Shown here piece by piece: positions 45,101-55,662 of a stretch of DNA of 64,000 nt. Every line of letters starts with the position of its first letter. The stretch's first letter is position 1. The stretch is from an uncultured virus (IMG/VR IMGVR_UViG_3300050821_004861) (taxonomy: Duplodnaviria > Heunggongvirae > Uroviricota > Caudoviricetes), in the IMG/VR virus record IMGVR_UViG_3300050821_004861, one strand, 5' to 3'. The notes under the pieces were generated by a model. That model made no database searches, was not told where the DNA came from, and worked only from the letters and a program-made list of their open reading frames with translations. The translations under genes and the position numbers were made by a program.

Positions 45101-45414
45101 CAGGAAGCAAGGGAGTACACAATCAGCATCCGTATTATTTTGGAGGAGGATATGGTGAACATGATGCAGGAAACTATTCTGCAATTGATGTAGCAGGTGG
45201 TGGACATCTTGGTGGTGAAAATAACCCGTTGACTCAACGTGATGCAGCTAGAGAGAGTTCAACAAGATCTGCATCAAAATTACCTCCACATATTGGAGAT
45301 TTAAGCCAATATCATACTAATCAATCTGTTAAATTAAACATTAATAATCCAGCAGGTGCTGATGTAGCTACTCAAACAGCTATGCTTGGTTCTGCTCAAG
45401 GAAGTTTTGGTTAA
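42163..45414 (+). CDS. tape measure protein with putative peptidoglycan-hydrolase domains
   Basis: Long G/A-rich protein; NNPGNL lysozyme-like motif; C-terminal QCV...GTPIATF...HAA...DQW amidase-like motif. Confidence 0.75.
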   Translation: MAAKGKSEVDLNIKSNIDTVLAKLAQLEASLERIDRKNKSSKPIYEPKYGPHVPTSIRNPETGRFQRNPEYQPSWAAYRKQFRDPDVRVDTRTSYQKAEEFYAAKRREQPRRGSAWEKFEKAQWQPPGAVDKAKSGGITTPGSPAYNAFNYRVKKEQYDFYHRENITARVAGGAAKGLYSFATGGGLSGLVSPIVRELQGRSGSGGGGFLGNAITSAALMRGGGRRGGGGGGAAAAEEGAEGASAAEGVAGNALGAGLWAAMPLPVKIVSVAATAVGATAFALDKMSRDVTGRARTAGGVGASLGGFEAFDKTAQRLVDPKNFMGMMAEAKFDLTSDSYRAMLSLGIDPKKYKTTDEMAIAALPKVQNFLQGFKGKEGTMLPMAQAFGLGGMGSEDMIRLFGGEPADMKKLMGTAAEQKDTLDLTKDQITAYQDLVTNIDLASTALKTWAERMASGALPGYDTIQEMLKRQEGLITVDTTQPKTQPNFGGGGPLIQTRPGDKPFSFPVPDWMKPSDITPDMQVPEYTGPGATLHSPHNNPPLESEIQGSGAVDEGGGKVLGGVTRVSIFSPKIAKLNKDVIDTTKSLAEFNEQLLRGSRIMVGGSGQYLASNFGQGAAPGGGGGGGGGLESGAAPRYSSGGIGDTAMPRTLGEGTIGKGSGISSSGLDGGKYTGGTESNTINTNAPEISQLPGDKIWGDYGTRANNPGNLNYASWEGAASKYSYRDPQTGGMHTMGVFKTMPEGVAAAYKLLIRNQAKNGKTLQGALKGWAENGYIGPLAKSLGVDPNDTYDLSTADPEKVASMLEQQFKREGRKGSHTATHEQILAGINLGRGKGTGEVGSTGTGDGKATGGAPEANFGVKDSDDVLDHLKSARDKGLITNEQCVSLATASVGIKLGSGQKGAWTSTWRKGESAAEGGLVKGTPIATFAGLHGEQNQNIYAGGTGGRPKVGLDHAAVFESYIKDRNGKIIGMNVADQWAGSKGVHNQHPYYFGGGYGEHDAGNYSAIDVAGGGHLGGENNPLTQRDAARESSTRSASKLPPHIGDLSQYHTNQSVKLNINNPAGADVATQTAMLGSAQGSFG

Positions 45415-46601
45415 TGCGTTTCTATGCCATTACTGTTTCTGGAGGAATTGGTTACACTAATTTAGCACAAATACCAGGTCTTGCTGGCGCTACGTCTATG
45501 ACTTTAGCTACAATAGCAGGGCAAACTGTTCCAGTAGATATTGCACCTATATTTGGCGCGGCTATACCTGGATCTCAATGGTGTAGCGTTGTTGATGCAG
45601 AAAATGATCCAGGAGCATTAGATGTTGAATTAGATATTCAAATTGCTCCTGGTAGCCAAGTTATGAGCGGATCGCTTAAAATTTATGGAGTTGCACAGAA
45701 TTTACTTTCACAATCAACTTATTTTACAGGTTGTCAAGTAGCTATATATGGTGGATTTACAGATGGATTACCTCTAGCAAATATGCAGTTGACACATCAA
45801 GGATTGCTTTGTAATGCTTTAATTTATCCAGCTGTAGGAGATTGGACAGGCACTGAGCTAAGTCTTACGTTCTTTTTAAAACCTAATCAAGGTAATGCTG
45901 GAGGTCCTACCAAACCTGTAAATATTATTCATAATATGCCAAAAGGCACTCCATTAAGTCAAGCGATTTATCAAGCTTTGAATACTGCATTTCCTGGTGT
46001 TCCAGTTGATGCAGCTATTAGTCCAAATCTAATTCTTAATTATGATGATAAAGGATTTTATCAAAGTCTTGAACAATATATGGATTACGTTAAAACACTT
46101 TCTCATAGTATTCTTGGAACACCATATACGTCCGGTTATCAAGGTGTTAGAGCTGATTCTTCAAAAGGTGCAATTAATCTTTTTGATGGAACAAGACCTA
46201 GTTCTCTAATATACATAAATTTTGAAGATTTAATAGGACAACCTTGTTGGATTGATGCAAATAAAATCCAATTTAAAGTTGCTCTAAGATCTGATATTGC
46301 TCCAAATATGCAAGTTGTATTGCCATCGAATGTTCTAACTACTTCGTCAGCACGTGGTGGATTAGGATTAGTATTGAATACGTTTGCACATGGTAATCTT
46401 TTACTTTTCCAAGGAACATTCGCTGTTCAAAGCGTTAGGCACATGGGGCGCTTCAGAAGCCCAGCTGCAGATCAAAATTGGATAACCGTTATTGAAGCTA
46501 CTGCTGATCCTACTCAAGGAGGAAACCCTATTGCGGCAGTGGCTAATGCATCTGGACAACATCTATTTGTTCCATTAACCTCATCAGAAGCTGGTGATTA
46601 A
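45414..46601 (+). CDS. baseplate hub-like protein
   Basis: Position; F.DLIGQP.W, G.F....VRH.G.FR. Confidence 0.65.
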   Translation: MRFYAITVSGGIGYTNLAQIPGLAGATSMTLATIAGQTVPVDIAPIFGAAIPGSQWCSVVDAENDPGALDVELDIQIAPGSQVMSGSLKIYGVAQNLLSQSTYFTGCQVAIYGGFTDGLPLANMQLTHQGLLCNALIYPAVGDWTGTELSLTFFLKPNQGNAGGPTKPVNIIHNMPKGTPLSQAIYQALNTAFPGVPVDAAISPNLILNYDDKGFYQSLEQYMDYVKTLSHSILGTPYTSGYQGVRADSSKGAINLFDGTRPSSLIYINFEDLIGQPCWIDANKIQFKVALRSDIAPNMQVVLPSNVLTTSSARGGLGLVLNTFAHGNLLLFQGTFAVQSVRHMGRFRSPAADQNWITVIEATADPTQGGNPIAAVANASGQHLFVPLTSSEAGD

Positions 46602-47326
46602 TGCGTAGTTTTTATGAACTTTTATATCAGATAACTCCTATATTTTTGAATAATGGTATTGCTTCAAATATTAATGGCAGTATACTTCCAATAATGGCTT
46701 TACTTAATCCAAGTGCCTATAACATTTTATTTTCTGGTGGTAGCGGCACTTTTAATATGGATAGTTATTTTGGTATATTTCAACCTGCATCTGGCGGCTC
46801 TTTAGTGGCGCAACAGATTGCTGAGTATCCTTTTGCTAATTTGAATGTTGCTGCGAATGCCATTGTAAGAAGTCCTCTTGAAGTTTCTTTGATTATGGTA
46901 ACTCCTATGAAGACGCAGTATGCGTGGGCGGTTAAAAACGCTACGATGACTGCTCTTAAGTCAGCATTAGATACTCATAATAATATGGGTGGAACTTATA
47001 CTGTATTTACACCAGCATATACATATTATAATATGGTTATGTTAAATTTAGTTGATATGTCAAATCCTCAAATTGTTACTCCGCAGAATACTTGGAAATG
47101 GGATTTTAGAAAACCTCTTATTTCTCAACAAGATTTGGTTTTTGCTGAAAATAATTTGTATGCTAAAATCACAGGCGGTGTTCAAACTTCAGCAGAATGG
47201 ACTTCTGCATTGACTGCATTGGGATTACCAGCATCTACTCTTAATCAAGCCGCAGGTGCTGGTGGAACTGCTCCTTTGGCGCCACCAGTCAATATTGGCG
47301 GCACAAACCCAACTATTCTTTTATGA
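46601..47326 (+). CDS. baseplate/tail-tube initiator-type protein
   Basis: YPFAN..VAANA, HNNMGG.YTV.TP. Confidence 0.6.
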   Translation: MRSFYELLYQITPIFLNNGIASNINGSILPIMALLNPSAYNILFSGGSGTFNMDSYFGIFQPASGGSLVAQQIAEYPFANLNVAANAIVRSPLEVSLIMVTPMKTQYAWAVKNATMTALKSALDTHNNMGGTYTVFTPAYTYYNMVMLNLVDMSNPQIVTPQNTWKWDFRKPLISQQDLVFAENNLYAKITGGVQTSAEWTSALTALGLPASTLNQAAGAGGTAPLAPPVNIGGTNPTILL

Positions 47327-47811
47327 CTACTTATTTTCAATTTTTACCATCTAATCGTAAGGCACAATCATTTATGCCTACGTTTGATGGAACATTGTAT
47401 AATGTTACAGTAGTTTGGAACATATCAGCACAACGCTATTATATCAATTGCAAAGATATAAGTGGAAATTTAATTTTTATGGTTCCATTAATTGAAAATA
47501 TGGATCCTTTTCCGATTTTGGATATGTCTTATGATCTTCAAAATCATAGAGTGTTAGCAGAAATTGGATCTCAATATACTTTTAAAGCTGGAAGAGTATT
47601 GTATGCAAGTGTCATAAACTGTGTTCCAACAGAATACAACGGTACTGGATTTATTTATATATTGAGTAAAAATCAAATTGTATATCCATTGCCTGTAGAT
47701 CCTGGACCTAATACTGTTTTAGGAGTTGTTGAATATTATATGAGCATAACTAAGGGATATTTTCAATCTACTATGATATTTAGAAATGGCTATTTCGAGG
47801 TGAATCCTTGA
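47323..47811 (+). CDS. baseplate protein
   Basis: DG..Y...V.WN...QRYY pattern. Confidence 0.6.
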   Translation: MTTYFQFLPSNRKAQSFMPTFDGTLYNVTVVWNISAQRYYINCKDISGNLIFMVPLIENMDPFPILDMSYDLQNHRVLAEIGSQYTFKAGRVLYASVINCVPTEYNGTGFIYILSKNQIVYPLPVDPGPNTVLGVVEYYMSITKGYFQSTMIFRNGYFEVNP

Positions 47812-49196
47812 CTTCGAGCGGCCAAAAATATTCTCTTGCTGTTCAACAGCATAATTTTACTACTACCAAAGCGGCTGACAATTTTCAAAATCAAGCTAAG
47901 AAATTACCATGTCATGTAAAGACAGTAAATAATGATGATACTGTTACAGTAACATTTGATATTGTTGATACTACATTTACTTTACCTGATGCTACTTATC
48001 CTCAAGCATATTCTAAATGGAGTCGTGAACCGACACAAGCAGGTGATAAAGGATATATCGTACCAAATGATGTAAATTTAGGAGGTGAGAGCGGTTTAGG
48101 TGGTAATACAGCTAATTTATTTCAAAGAGGAAATTTAGCAACTGGTGTATTTCATCCTATTAGTAATACTAATTTTCCAAAAAGAGATAAGGATCAATTT
48201 GTACAAACTGGAGGACCAAAAGGTCACAAAGTACAAACTCAAGATGGAACAACATTTCATCTTTTAGATGAATTTAATAATATTGTTCATAATGCCGCAC
48301 AGGGTATGGTTCATCTTTCTGGTAATATTTTTCAAAACGTACTTTCCGGTATTCCAATTCCAGCTGGACTTAAAGGTATTGTTCAGCTTGCTGGAAATGT
48401 TTTACAAGGTGGCGGACTTCCAATTCCTGCTGGTCTTAATGGTATTCTTCACATTGCTGAAAAAGGCATTTTGCATATTGCTGATAATGCATTGGGTAGT
48501 ATTATTCCAGCCAATTTACAAGGTATCATGCATCTTGCCACAAATGCTATTAGTCATACATCAGTAAATGGCATAGCTACTATTTCATCATTAACTAATG
48601 CTGTTAATTTGGTTAGTAAACAAACACTCAATATAGGAGGGCCTTCAGCTAGTTATGTTTCTGCATATGATCTTACAAAACCTCCGGTTCCAAATACTCC
48701 AACAAATGTTAATGTTATTGGTAGTATAAATGCAAGTATCAATATTAGTGCCGGTGGCAGTATTAATGCTGGTGGAGGATTTGGAGGTACACCAGGAGGT
48801 GGTACTTTCTTACCAGGATCTTTGGGAGAAATAATATTTAGTAATATTACTGCTGGTTTGACTGCAACATCTGCTACTGCATTGAATGTTACGACTATCA
48901 CATTAACACCTGGAATTTGGGATGTTCATGGTGAAGTCTGGTTTAATACGTCAGCTGCTGCATCAGCAATTGTTGCTGCAATTAATACAGTTAGTGTATC
49001 ATTTCCAGGAGCAAGTTCACTTGCAACAGCACGATCTGAATTAATTGCTGCTATTACTGCTGGTATTAATACTTTACCATTACGGACATGCCGAGTTAAT
49101 GTGACAGTTAATACAGTTTATTATTTAGTTGCTCAATGTAATTTTTCATCTGGAACTTGCACTGTTACTGGTAATATTTGGGCGAAGAGATCATAA
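47808..49196 (+). CDS. baseplate spike-like protein with a C-terminal extension
   Basis: LPCHV OB-like start, GDKG, GG.SGLGG, then beta-repeat segments. Confidence 0.6.
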   Translation: MTSSGQKYSLAVQQHNFTTTKAADNFQNQAKKLPCHVKTVNNDDTVTVTFDIVDTTFTLPDATYPQAYSKWSREPTQAGDKGYIVPNDVNLGGESGLGGNTANLFQRGNLATGVFHPISNTNFPKRDKDQFVQTGGPKGHKVQTQDGTTFHLLDEFNNIVHNAAQGMVHLSGNIFQNVLSGIPIPAGLKGIVQLAGNVLQGGGLPIPAGLNGILHIAEKGILHIADNALGSIIPANLQGIMHLATNAISHTSVNGIATISSLTNAVNLVSKQTLNIGGPSASYVSAYDLTKPPVPNTPTNVNVIGSINASINISAGGSINAGGGFGGTPGGGTFLPGSLGEIIFSNITAGLTATSATALNVTTITLTPGIWDVHGEVWFNTSAAASAIVAAINTVSVSFPGASSLATARSELIAAITAGINTLPLRTCRVNVTVNTVYYLVAQCNFSSGTCTVTGNIWAKRS

Positions 49197-49570
49197 TGAG
49201 AACATATGGGCGCATCATACCTGATCCTCTATACCCAGATGTTAAGAAATGGGTACAGGTAGATACTGATGTTAACGGCTTTAACGATATGGTTTGGTTG
49301 ACAACATTAATTCAAGTTATAAAATTAAATTTAGGTGAAAGTCCTTTTTATTCTAATTATGGAGTTCCAGCACATTCTTCTATAATTGCCCAACTTGCTC
49401 CAGATTATTATATGAATTATATTCAACAAAATTTCTCTGGTTATTTTATGTTCTTATCTATAACTTCTGCGCCAGGAACAACTGATGATAGTGGTATACC
49501 ATCGCCTGGATATAGTGTCACTGTTATAACTCAATATGGTGCTTATTTGTCTACAGTGGTTCCTTACTAA
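49196..49570 (+). CDS. baseplate wedge (gp25-like) protein
   Basis: MRTYGR...L.LGESPFY.NYG.PA; precedes the J-like gene. Confidence 0.6.
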   Translation: MRTYGRIIPDPLYPDVKKWVQVDTDVNGFNDMVWLTTLIQVIKLNLGESPFYSNYGVPAHSSIIAQLAPDYYMNYIQQNFSGYFMFLSITSAPGTTDDSGIPSPGYSVTVITQYGAYLSTVVPY

Positions 49571-51072
49571 TGACTACTCTCCCTATCATAATGGGTCCTG
49601 AAGGACCCATACCTACACCACCTGCTACGTTGCGCCAACAGTTGATTGATTTGGTTACATCTACAAATCCTGGATATACTGCTACTCTTCCAGCATCTTT
49701 GATTGAGGATATATCCTCGACAGACGTTGGTGGAATTATTATTTCAAATCAATTTATGATAGATTTGATTAATTCTATTTCTCCATATGCTGCAAATTCT
49801 TTTATATTGAATCAATTAGGTGTTGATGTATATGGTATTCAACCGACAGCAGCAACTAATACTTCTGTTGATGTTGTATTTTTGGGAACTCCAGGATTTA
49901 TTATTATTCCTGGATTTACTGTTACAGATGCAAATTATCAATACGTTAGCACAGAAGGTGGAGTTGTAGGATCTAATGGACAATCACTTCCTATTCATTG
50001 TGTTGCAACACAGCCTGGAACTTGGGCTGTTCCATCTGGAAGTGTAAATCAACTTGTTACATCTGTTCCGTCAAATATTCAATTAACTTGTGTTAATCCA
50101 GTAGATGGAATTCCATCTACTTCAACCGAGTCTGAAACTTCTTTCCGAACTAGAACCTTAACTGCTGGTCTTGCCTCTTCAACAGGTATGGATCGTTATC
50201 TTAAAACATTACTTTGGAATATTCCTGGAGTACAGCAACGACTGGTATCTGTTCGTCAAGACACAACAAATAGCAAATATATCATTATTGTTGGAGGAGG
50301 TGACCCTTATCAAGTTGCTTGGGCAATTTACTATGCATTATTTGATCTTTCTGCTTTAGAAGCGCCAATGATTCCTATTGCGTGGGTAAGTAATACTAAT
50401 CCAGTTATGATTACTACTGCAACAAATCACAATCTTTCTGACGGTATGTTAGAAACTATTAATGGTGTACATGGTACTACTATATTAAATGGTAATCAAT
50501 ACTACGTTAATATTACTGGTCCTAATACTTTCAATTTATATACTGGATTTACTCCTGGTACTATAGTGCCTCCTGTACCTCCAGTATTTTCTGGTCCTGT
50601 AGATGGAACAAATACAGCCGTTTATCTTCCATACACACATGGTGGAACCGTTTCTCCTAATCCCATTCTTCAAGAAATATTTTTGAATAGTTATCCTGAT
50701 ACATATCTTGTTCCATTTATTTTACCAGCACAACAATATGTGAATATTGTTTGCACATGGAATACTGATAATCCAAATTATGTGTCTCCTCAAGCTGTGG
50801 CGCAAGCTGCTGGCCCTGTATTAGTTGAATATATTAATAGTCTTTATGTGGGTGTATCTCCTATTAACATATACGATATGACTACTTTATTTGTTAATTC
50901 TGTTGCTAATATCCTTCCATCTGAAAATATAACTGTTTTGAACTTTGTAGTCTCGTTTGATGGATCAAGTTATTATCCAGTACCTGGAACTGGTGTTATT
51001 TATGGAGATCCCAATAGCTATTTCTATACTGATATTTCACAAATTGAAGTAGTCCAGGTTGGGCAGCAATGA
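49570..51072 (+). CDS. baseplate J-like protein
   Basis: LP.SLIEDI.ST, ESETSFR.R, VGGGDPY.VA.AI. Confidence 0.75.
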   Translation: MTTLPIIMGPEGPIPTPPATLRQQLIDLVTSTNPGYTATLPASLIEDISSTDVGGIIISNQFMIDLINSISPYAANSFILNQLGVDVYGIQPTAATNTSVDVVFLGTPGFIIIPGFTVTDANYQYVSTEGGVVGSNGQSLPIHCVATQPGTWAVPSGSVNQLVTSVPSNIQLTCVNPVDGIPSTSTESETSFRTRTLTAGLASSTGMDRYLKTLLWNIPGVQQRLVSVRQDTTNSKYIIIVGGGDPYQVAWAIYYALFDLSALEAPMIPIAWVSNTNPVMITTATNHNLSDGMLETINGVHGTTILNGNQYYVNITGPNTFNLYTGFTPGTIVPPVPPVFSGPVDGTNTAVYLPYTHGGTVSPNPILQEIFLNSYPDTYLVPFILPAQQYVNIVCTWNTDNPNYVSPQAVAQAAGPVLVEYINSLYVGVSPINIYDMTTLFVNSVANILPSENITVLNFVVSFDGSSYYPVPGTGVIYGDPNSYFYTDISQIEVVQVGQQ

Positions 51073-52193
51073 ATAAAGCTGTTAAAACTGGTATTGTCCA
51101 ACAAGTAGTACCTATTGCTGGTCTTAGTTCTAAGATAGTAACTGCTGGTACGGCCCTTATTGTAGCTGGCGGCGATGCTATTGATGGTTATATTATTAAT
51201 CCAAGTACTGTTGCAGATCAAGGAATACCAATTCTTAATGTTCTTTATGTAGATCCAACTGGACCTGCTGCTAATACTACAACCAATACAACAGTTGCAA
51301 TTCAACCAGGAGGTCGTTACGATTTTCCACCTAATGTCGGATTAGGCATTTGGGCAAATTCTAATGCATCTGGACATAAATTTACAGCAGTTCAAATTGT
51401 ACCATTAAGTTTATTGCCTCCAACACAAGCTAGTTTGGATGCTGCTTATATAAAAGGAACATTTCCACCTACTGGACCTACAGGTCTATTAAAACCGATC
51501 CAATCTTATTTATATCAAGAATATTCAGATGATAGTGATTTGCAAGCATTTGTGTCTGCTTATAATTCAATGCAACAAGATATAACTGATACATATAATG
51601 GACTTAATTTACCAGTTTACACTAGTGATAGCATAAATGGTGCGCTGCTAGATTGGGTAGGTCAAGGTATTTATGGACTTCCACGTCCTAGTTTAACTAC
51701 TGGAAGATATAGTCTATATGGCCCATATAATACAGCTCAATATAATTCAATACAATATAACGATTATGAAATTGTAATTCCTGATCAACCTGCATTTACA
51801 AACGATGATGTTTATAAGAGAATATTAACTTGGCATGTTTCTAAGAGAGAAATGAGATATTTTAATATTGAATGGCTTAAAAAGCGTATTATGAAGTTCT
51901 TATTTGGTATTAATGGATCTCAACCTATTATTGATAATACTTATCAAATAAGTATTACATTTGGTCCTAATTATGAAGTTACGATTAGATTTATTACTGG
52001 CAATAGAACCTTTACTGGTGGTGCTGTATATAATGCAAATAATTTTCAATACAATGCAATTCAATATGATGATTTCCATTCAACATACGTTAATCTTGTA
52101 CCTTTGCCTAATGTTGATATCTTCCAAGAAGCAGTGGCATCTGGTGTGCTCGAATTACCGTTCCAATTCCACTTTGATGTGGTGATAGGATAA
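51069..52193 (+). CDS. baseplate wedge protein with an extra N-terminal domain
   Basis: SYLYQEY.DD.DLQAFV, G.LLDWVG.GIYG, DD.YKR. Confidence 0.7.
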   Translation: MNKAVKTGIVQQVVPIAGLSSKIVTAGTALIVAGGDAIDGYIINPSTVADQGIPILNVLYVDPTGPAANTTTNTTVAIQPGGRYDFPPNVGLGIWANSNASGHKFTAVQIVPLSLLPPTQASLDAAYIKGTFPPTGPTGLLKPIQSYLYQEYSDDSDLQAFVSAYNSMQQDITDTYNGLNLPVYTSDSINGALLDWVGQGIYGLPRPSLTTGRYSLYGPYNTAQYNSIQYNDYEIVIPDQPAFTNDDVYKRILTWHVSKREMRYFNIEWLKKRIMKFLFGINGSQPIIDNTYQISITFGPNYEVTIRFITGNRTFTGGAVYNANNFQYNAIQYDDFHSTYVNLVPLPNVDIFQEAVASGVLELPFQFHFDVVIG

Positions 52194-52196
52194 ACA

Positions 52197-53183
52197 ATGT
52201 CCGTTCTGATTTTCGGCAATAATATGGCATCTACCACTGCTGGTAGTATTACATCAGCAAGTGTTAGTGTTAATCTTGCAGTTGGTACAGGAGCACAGTT
52301 TCCACAACCGCAACCTGGTCAACACTTCATAGCTACCTTAATTGATCAAGCAACTGGAACACAAAGAGAGATTGTTTGGGTCACTAATATTACTGCTGAT
52401 ACAGCAACTATTGTTCGCGCTCAAGAAGGAACTGTGGCGCAAGCATGGACCGTTGGTTCTATCTTTGCTCATTTGCATACTGCTGGCGCTATGGGTGCCA
52501 TGCTGCAAAAAACAGATATTAATGATGGTTCTTTAGTTCATGTTGGAACTGATACAGGCGCTGTTAATCAAGTTGTAGCTGCTACATTTCCTCCCACTCA
52601 AGGGACAGCATATACACCTGGCGCCACATATAATATTATGATTCAACATAATAACAGTGGACCAACAACTGCATCTTTTGATGGATTACCTCCTTATCCT
52701 GTTATTAATTTGGATGGTAGCTCGTTAACTGCCAATGAGTTAATTACTGGCATTGAAATGCAATTTATTTATAATTTGAATAATTTTGTTATTCCAATTC
52801 ATCCTGTGCAAAATACGGCTGGTCCTCCCGGACCTGCTGGTGCTGCCGGTCCTGCTGGACCAGCAGGTGCTGCTGGGCACGTTGGAGCGCAAGGCCCACA
52901 GGGCAATACTGGCGCCGCAGGACCACAGGGTCCACAAGGTACTCCTGGTCCACAAGGACCGCAAGGTCCATATGGCGTGTTTGCTGCTTATGGACAACCA
53001 GGTGCAGTTTACACTGTTTGTTCCAATCTAAATTATACTTGGGGATGGGGAACAGTTACTTATACTGGTACAAATATGTCAACCTACGGCGGTTCATGGT
53101 TACAGATATTGCACCTGATAATTGGTCAATATACGCAGCCAGAATCAGTAACTACTGTGGATATGTATCAAAGGGTAGCATGA
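52197..53183 (+). CDS. tail fibre protein with a collagen segment
   Basis: EIV..T......RAQEGT.A..W anchor plus about 17 GXY triplets. Confidence 0.7.
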   Translation: MSVLIFGNNMASTTAGSITSASVSVNLAVGTGAQFPQPQPGQHFIATLIDQATGTQREIVWVTNITADTATIVRAQEGTVAQAWTVGSIFAHLHTAGAMGAMLQKTDINDGSLVHVGTDTGAVNQVVAATFPPTQGTAYTPGATYNIMIQHNNSGPTTASFDGLPPYPVINLDGSSLTANELITGIEMQFIYNLNNFVIPIHPVQNTAGPPGPAGAAGPAGPAGAAGHVGAQGPQGNTGAAGPQGPQGTPGPQGPQGPYGVFAAYGQPGAVYTVCSNLNYTWGWGTVTYTGTNMSTYGGSWLQILHLIIGQYTQPESVTTVDMYQRVA

Positions 53184-53476
53184 TGCTAACAGCAGAACAA
53201 GTTCAAGAGTTTTTGACAACTCTCCGTAATCCGAGATATTGCAATCCAGACCATACAGGTCCAATTGTATTGGACGGAACATTCAATAATGGCATAATGC
53301 AATTTTATGCTAGTGAATGGGATATGATGGAATATGGGCGTGAGGTATATAGAAAAGCAATGGATGGAGAATTTGGAGAAATTGGTCCATATGAATGGCC
53401 AGTAGAAATACCTGCTCAACATATTCGACAAAAGGTAGATGCCAAAGATCTTTTCTCTGGCGAGGATAAAGAATAA
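53183..53476 (+). CDS. tail fibre assembly-like protein
   Basis: NPRY...F.AS..D...YGRE.Y......GEFG.I pattern. Confidence 0.6.
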   Translation: MLTAEQVQEFLTTLRNPRYCNPDHTGPIVLDGTFNNGIMQFYASEWDMMEYGREVYRKAMDGEFGEIGPYEWPVEIPAQHIRQKVDAKDLFSGEDKE

Positions 53477-53760
53477 TGTCAATACCTACTGCTGGACTAG
53501 CATTCATAACTCCTGCTACTCCTGGACAGCCAATTAATGCACTTGACGTAAATTTGGAGGGTGGGTATATACTCAACCCTATTGATGCGCCAGGCACGTT
53601 ATACGTTGATCCCACAGGGCCAGCGTCAACTGTTGCAAATGGAACTACAACAGCTTTGCCGCCTGGTCAACCATTTTATGCTATAAATGGATCTACAATT
53701 CCAGTATCGGTAGCAAGTCAATTTGCTAATCATGCATTTGTTTGTGTGCAATGGAAATAA
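53476..53760 (+). CDS. small virion protein paralogous to the N-terminus of 51069..52193
   Basis: Shared G.I.NP...LYVDPTGPA...T.A..PG. Confidence 0.6.
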   Translation: MSIPTAGLAFITPATPGQPINALDVNLEGGYILNPIDAPGTLYVDPTGPASTVANGTTTALPPGQPFYAINGSTIPVSVASQFANHAFVCVQWK

Positions 53761-53763
53761 ATA

Positions 53764-55662
53764 ATGGCCGAAGTTAATACTTATGATTTCGGCGGTCCTG
53801 GGGCGCCACCACAACCGTGGATTGTTGGCACTAATTCAATTGCCTATAATGGAGCACTGTTAGTTCCATCTACAGTTCCTGGCGGAAATACTGGTTTAGG
53901 GACTATTAATACAAATGATTTATTTCTCAAAGGAGTTTCTATTGAAAATTATTTGAACAATAACTATTTGCCATTAGGCGGTGGTACACTATCTGGCCCG
54001 TTGTATATTCCTGGTATAGCTAATTTGCATCTTGCTGATGGATTAGCAGGACAGCTTGCAACAGCTGATGGTAGAGGAAATTTAGTTTGGTCAACATTAA
54101 CAAATGTTGGATTACCAGGAGGAGGTCAAGCAGGATATGTTCTTGCAACAGATGGCAATGTTAATTTTTATTGGACTAGCAATCTCCCTGGCGGTCCTTA
54201 CCTACCACTTTCTGCCGGTCCTTTCCTCCCATTAAATGGAGGAACAATAGGAGGTCCAATATCTGGACCTCTTGCAACATTCACTACTTTGAATATTAGC
54301 GGTCCTGTTGAAACTACACGTTCTATATTTGGACAAACAATAGGGAGTAATCGTTGGGAGTTACAACTTGGTGATGATGTTAATGAACCTGGAGATAATA
54401 GTGGTTCAAACTTTAAGTTAGTTTCTTATGATGATACAGGCGCTTTTTTATCAGTACCTTTAACAGTTGATAGATTAACTGGAGATGCTATATTTGATGG
54501 TAGTATAAATGTTTTAGATAATGGAGCTATTAATCTTACTTGTGCTCCTGGATTAACTAGAGATATAATTGGTCAAACCAATACTATTGATCGTTGGATT
54601 ATTCAATTAGGTGATGGATCCGCCGAGACTGGAGGTAATCTAGGATCAAATTTTATTATCTCACGTTGTAATGATCTAGGACATTTTATTGATTCTCCAA
54701 TATCTATTAATCGCTCAAATGCATTAGTTACTCTTTCTGGAGGTTTAGGCGCTTATGGAGCAGGAACATTTGGCGGTTCCTTATCTGCTGTAGCACTTGT
54801 CAGTATTACAGAGACTGCTCCAAATGCAAATGCCTTTGTTGGATTTTTTAACAATACAGCAACACGTATTGGCTATGTTGGATTGTTTAATGAAAACTTA
54901 TATCTTAATCATGATTCTACAGGATACCGTCTTGTAATCAGTAGTAGTGGACTTGCGATAACTGGTCCTACAAATATTGCTGGTGCTTTAGTTACTACTG
55001 GTGCTCTCACTACTGGTGGTGGCGCCACCATTAATGGAAATCTGGCAGCTTCTGGATTTCTTACTACTAGTGGATATATAGCATGTAATCCAAGTGTTGC
55101 ATGTTATTCTGTTGGTGGTGATTCTGGTATTTATTGCTATGATCAAGGACAAGTTCTTAGGGCAGAAATTGGTTGGCAAGCAACAACAGGGAATGCCATT
55201 TTATATAATCCAAGAAGCGGTGGATTATTGTCTATTAATCCGTCTGCTCAATTGGTATATAATGGCAACGCTTTTAAGCCAGGAGGCGGTGCTTGGTTAG
55301 ATACTTCTGATATTCGTATTAAAACTTTGCATAGTGAATACAAATCTGGTCTTAAAGAAATTGCTGAACTTGTACCCAGAAATTTTAGATTTAAAGGGAA
55401 TGATACTCAAACTAAAGATAGCGTTTCAGTACATGCTATGCAAGCCAAAGAAGAAACAATATTCACAGGTCTTGTTGCAGATGAAGTTATGAGAGTTATG
55501 CCAGATATGGTTAAATTTACTAGAGGATTTATTGATGGTAAAGAAGTAGATGATCTTAAAACTTTGGATACTACTTATTTGACTTATGCATTTATCAATG
55601 CTTTTAAAGAAATAGCCATTAGATTAAAGGCTCTTGAAAAGAGAGCAGGTTATAATGGTTGA
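53764..55662 (+). CDS. tail fibre/spike with a C-terminal intramolecular chaperone (peptidase S74)
   Basis: TSDIRIK...GL..I..L.P..F.F...GLVADEV...PD.V. Confidence 0.75.
   Translation: MAEVNTYDFGGPGAPPQPWIVGTNSIAYNGALLVPSTVPGGNTGLGTINTNDLFLKGVSIENYLNNNYLPLGGGTLSGPLYIPGIANLHLADGLAGQLATADGRGNLVWSTLTNVGLPGGGQAGYVLATDGNVNFYWTSNLPGGPYLPLSAGPFLPLNGGTIGGPISGPLATFTTLNISGPVETTRSIFGQTIGSNRWELQLGDDVNEPGDNSGSNFKLVSYDDTGAFLSVPLTVDRLTGDAIFDGSINVLDNGAINLTCAPGLTRDIIGQTNTIDRWIIQLGDGSAETGGNLGSNFIISRCNDLGHFIDSPISINRSNALVTLSGGLGAYGAGTFGGSLSAVALVSITETAPNANAFVGFFNNTATRIGYVGLFNENLYLNHDSTGYRLVISSSGLAITGPTNIAGALVTTGALTTGGGATINGNLAASGFLTTSGYIACNPSVACYSVGGDSGIYCYDQGQVLRAEIGWQATTGNAILYNPRSGGLLSINPSAQLVYNGNAFKPGGGAWLDTSDIRIKTLHSEYKSGLKEIAELVPRNFRFKGNDTQTKDSVSVHAMQAKEETIFTGLVADEVMRVMPDMVKFTRGFIDGKEVDDLKTLDTTYLTYAFINAFKEIAIRLKALEKRAGYNG

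Noticed and set aside
600..53476. KDLF/KELF near the C-termini of several small proteins as sliding-clamp-binding motifs
   Set aside because: They lack the Q of the QLxLF consensus and also occur in virion proteins; too short to support.
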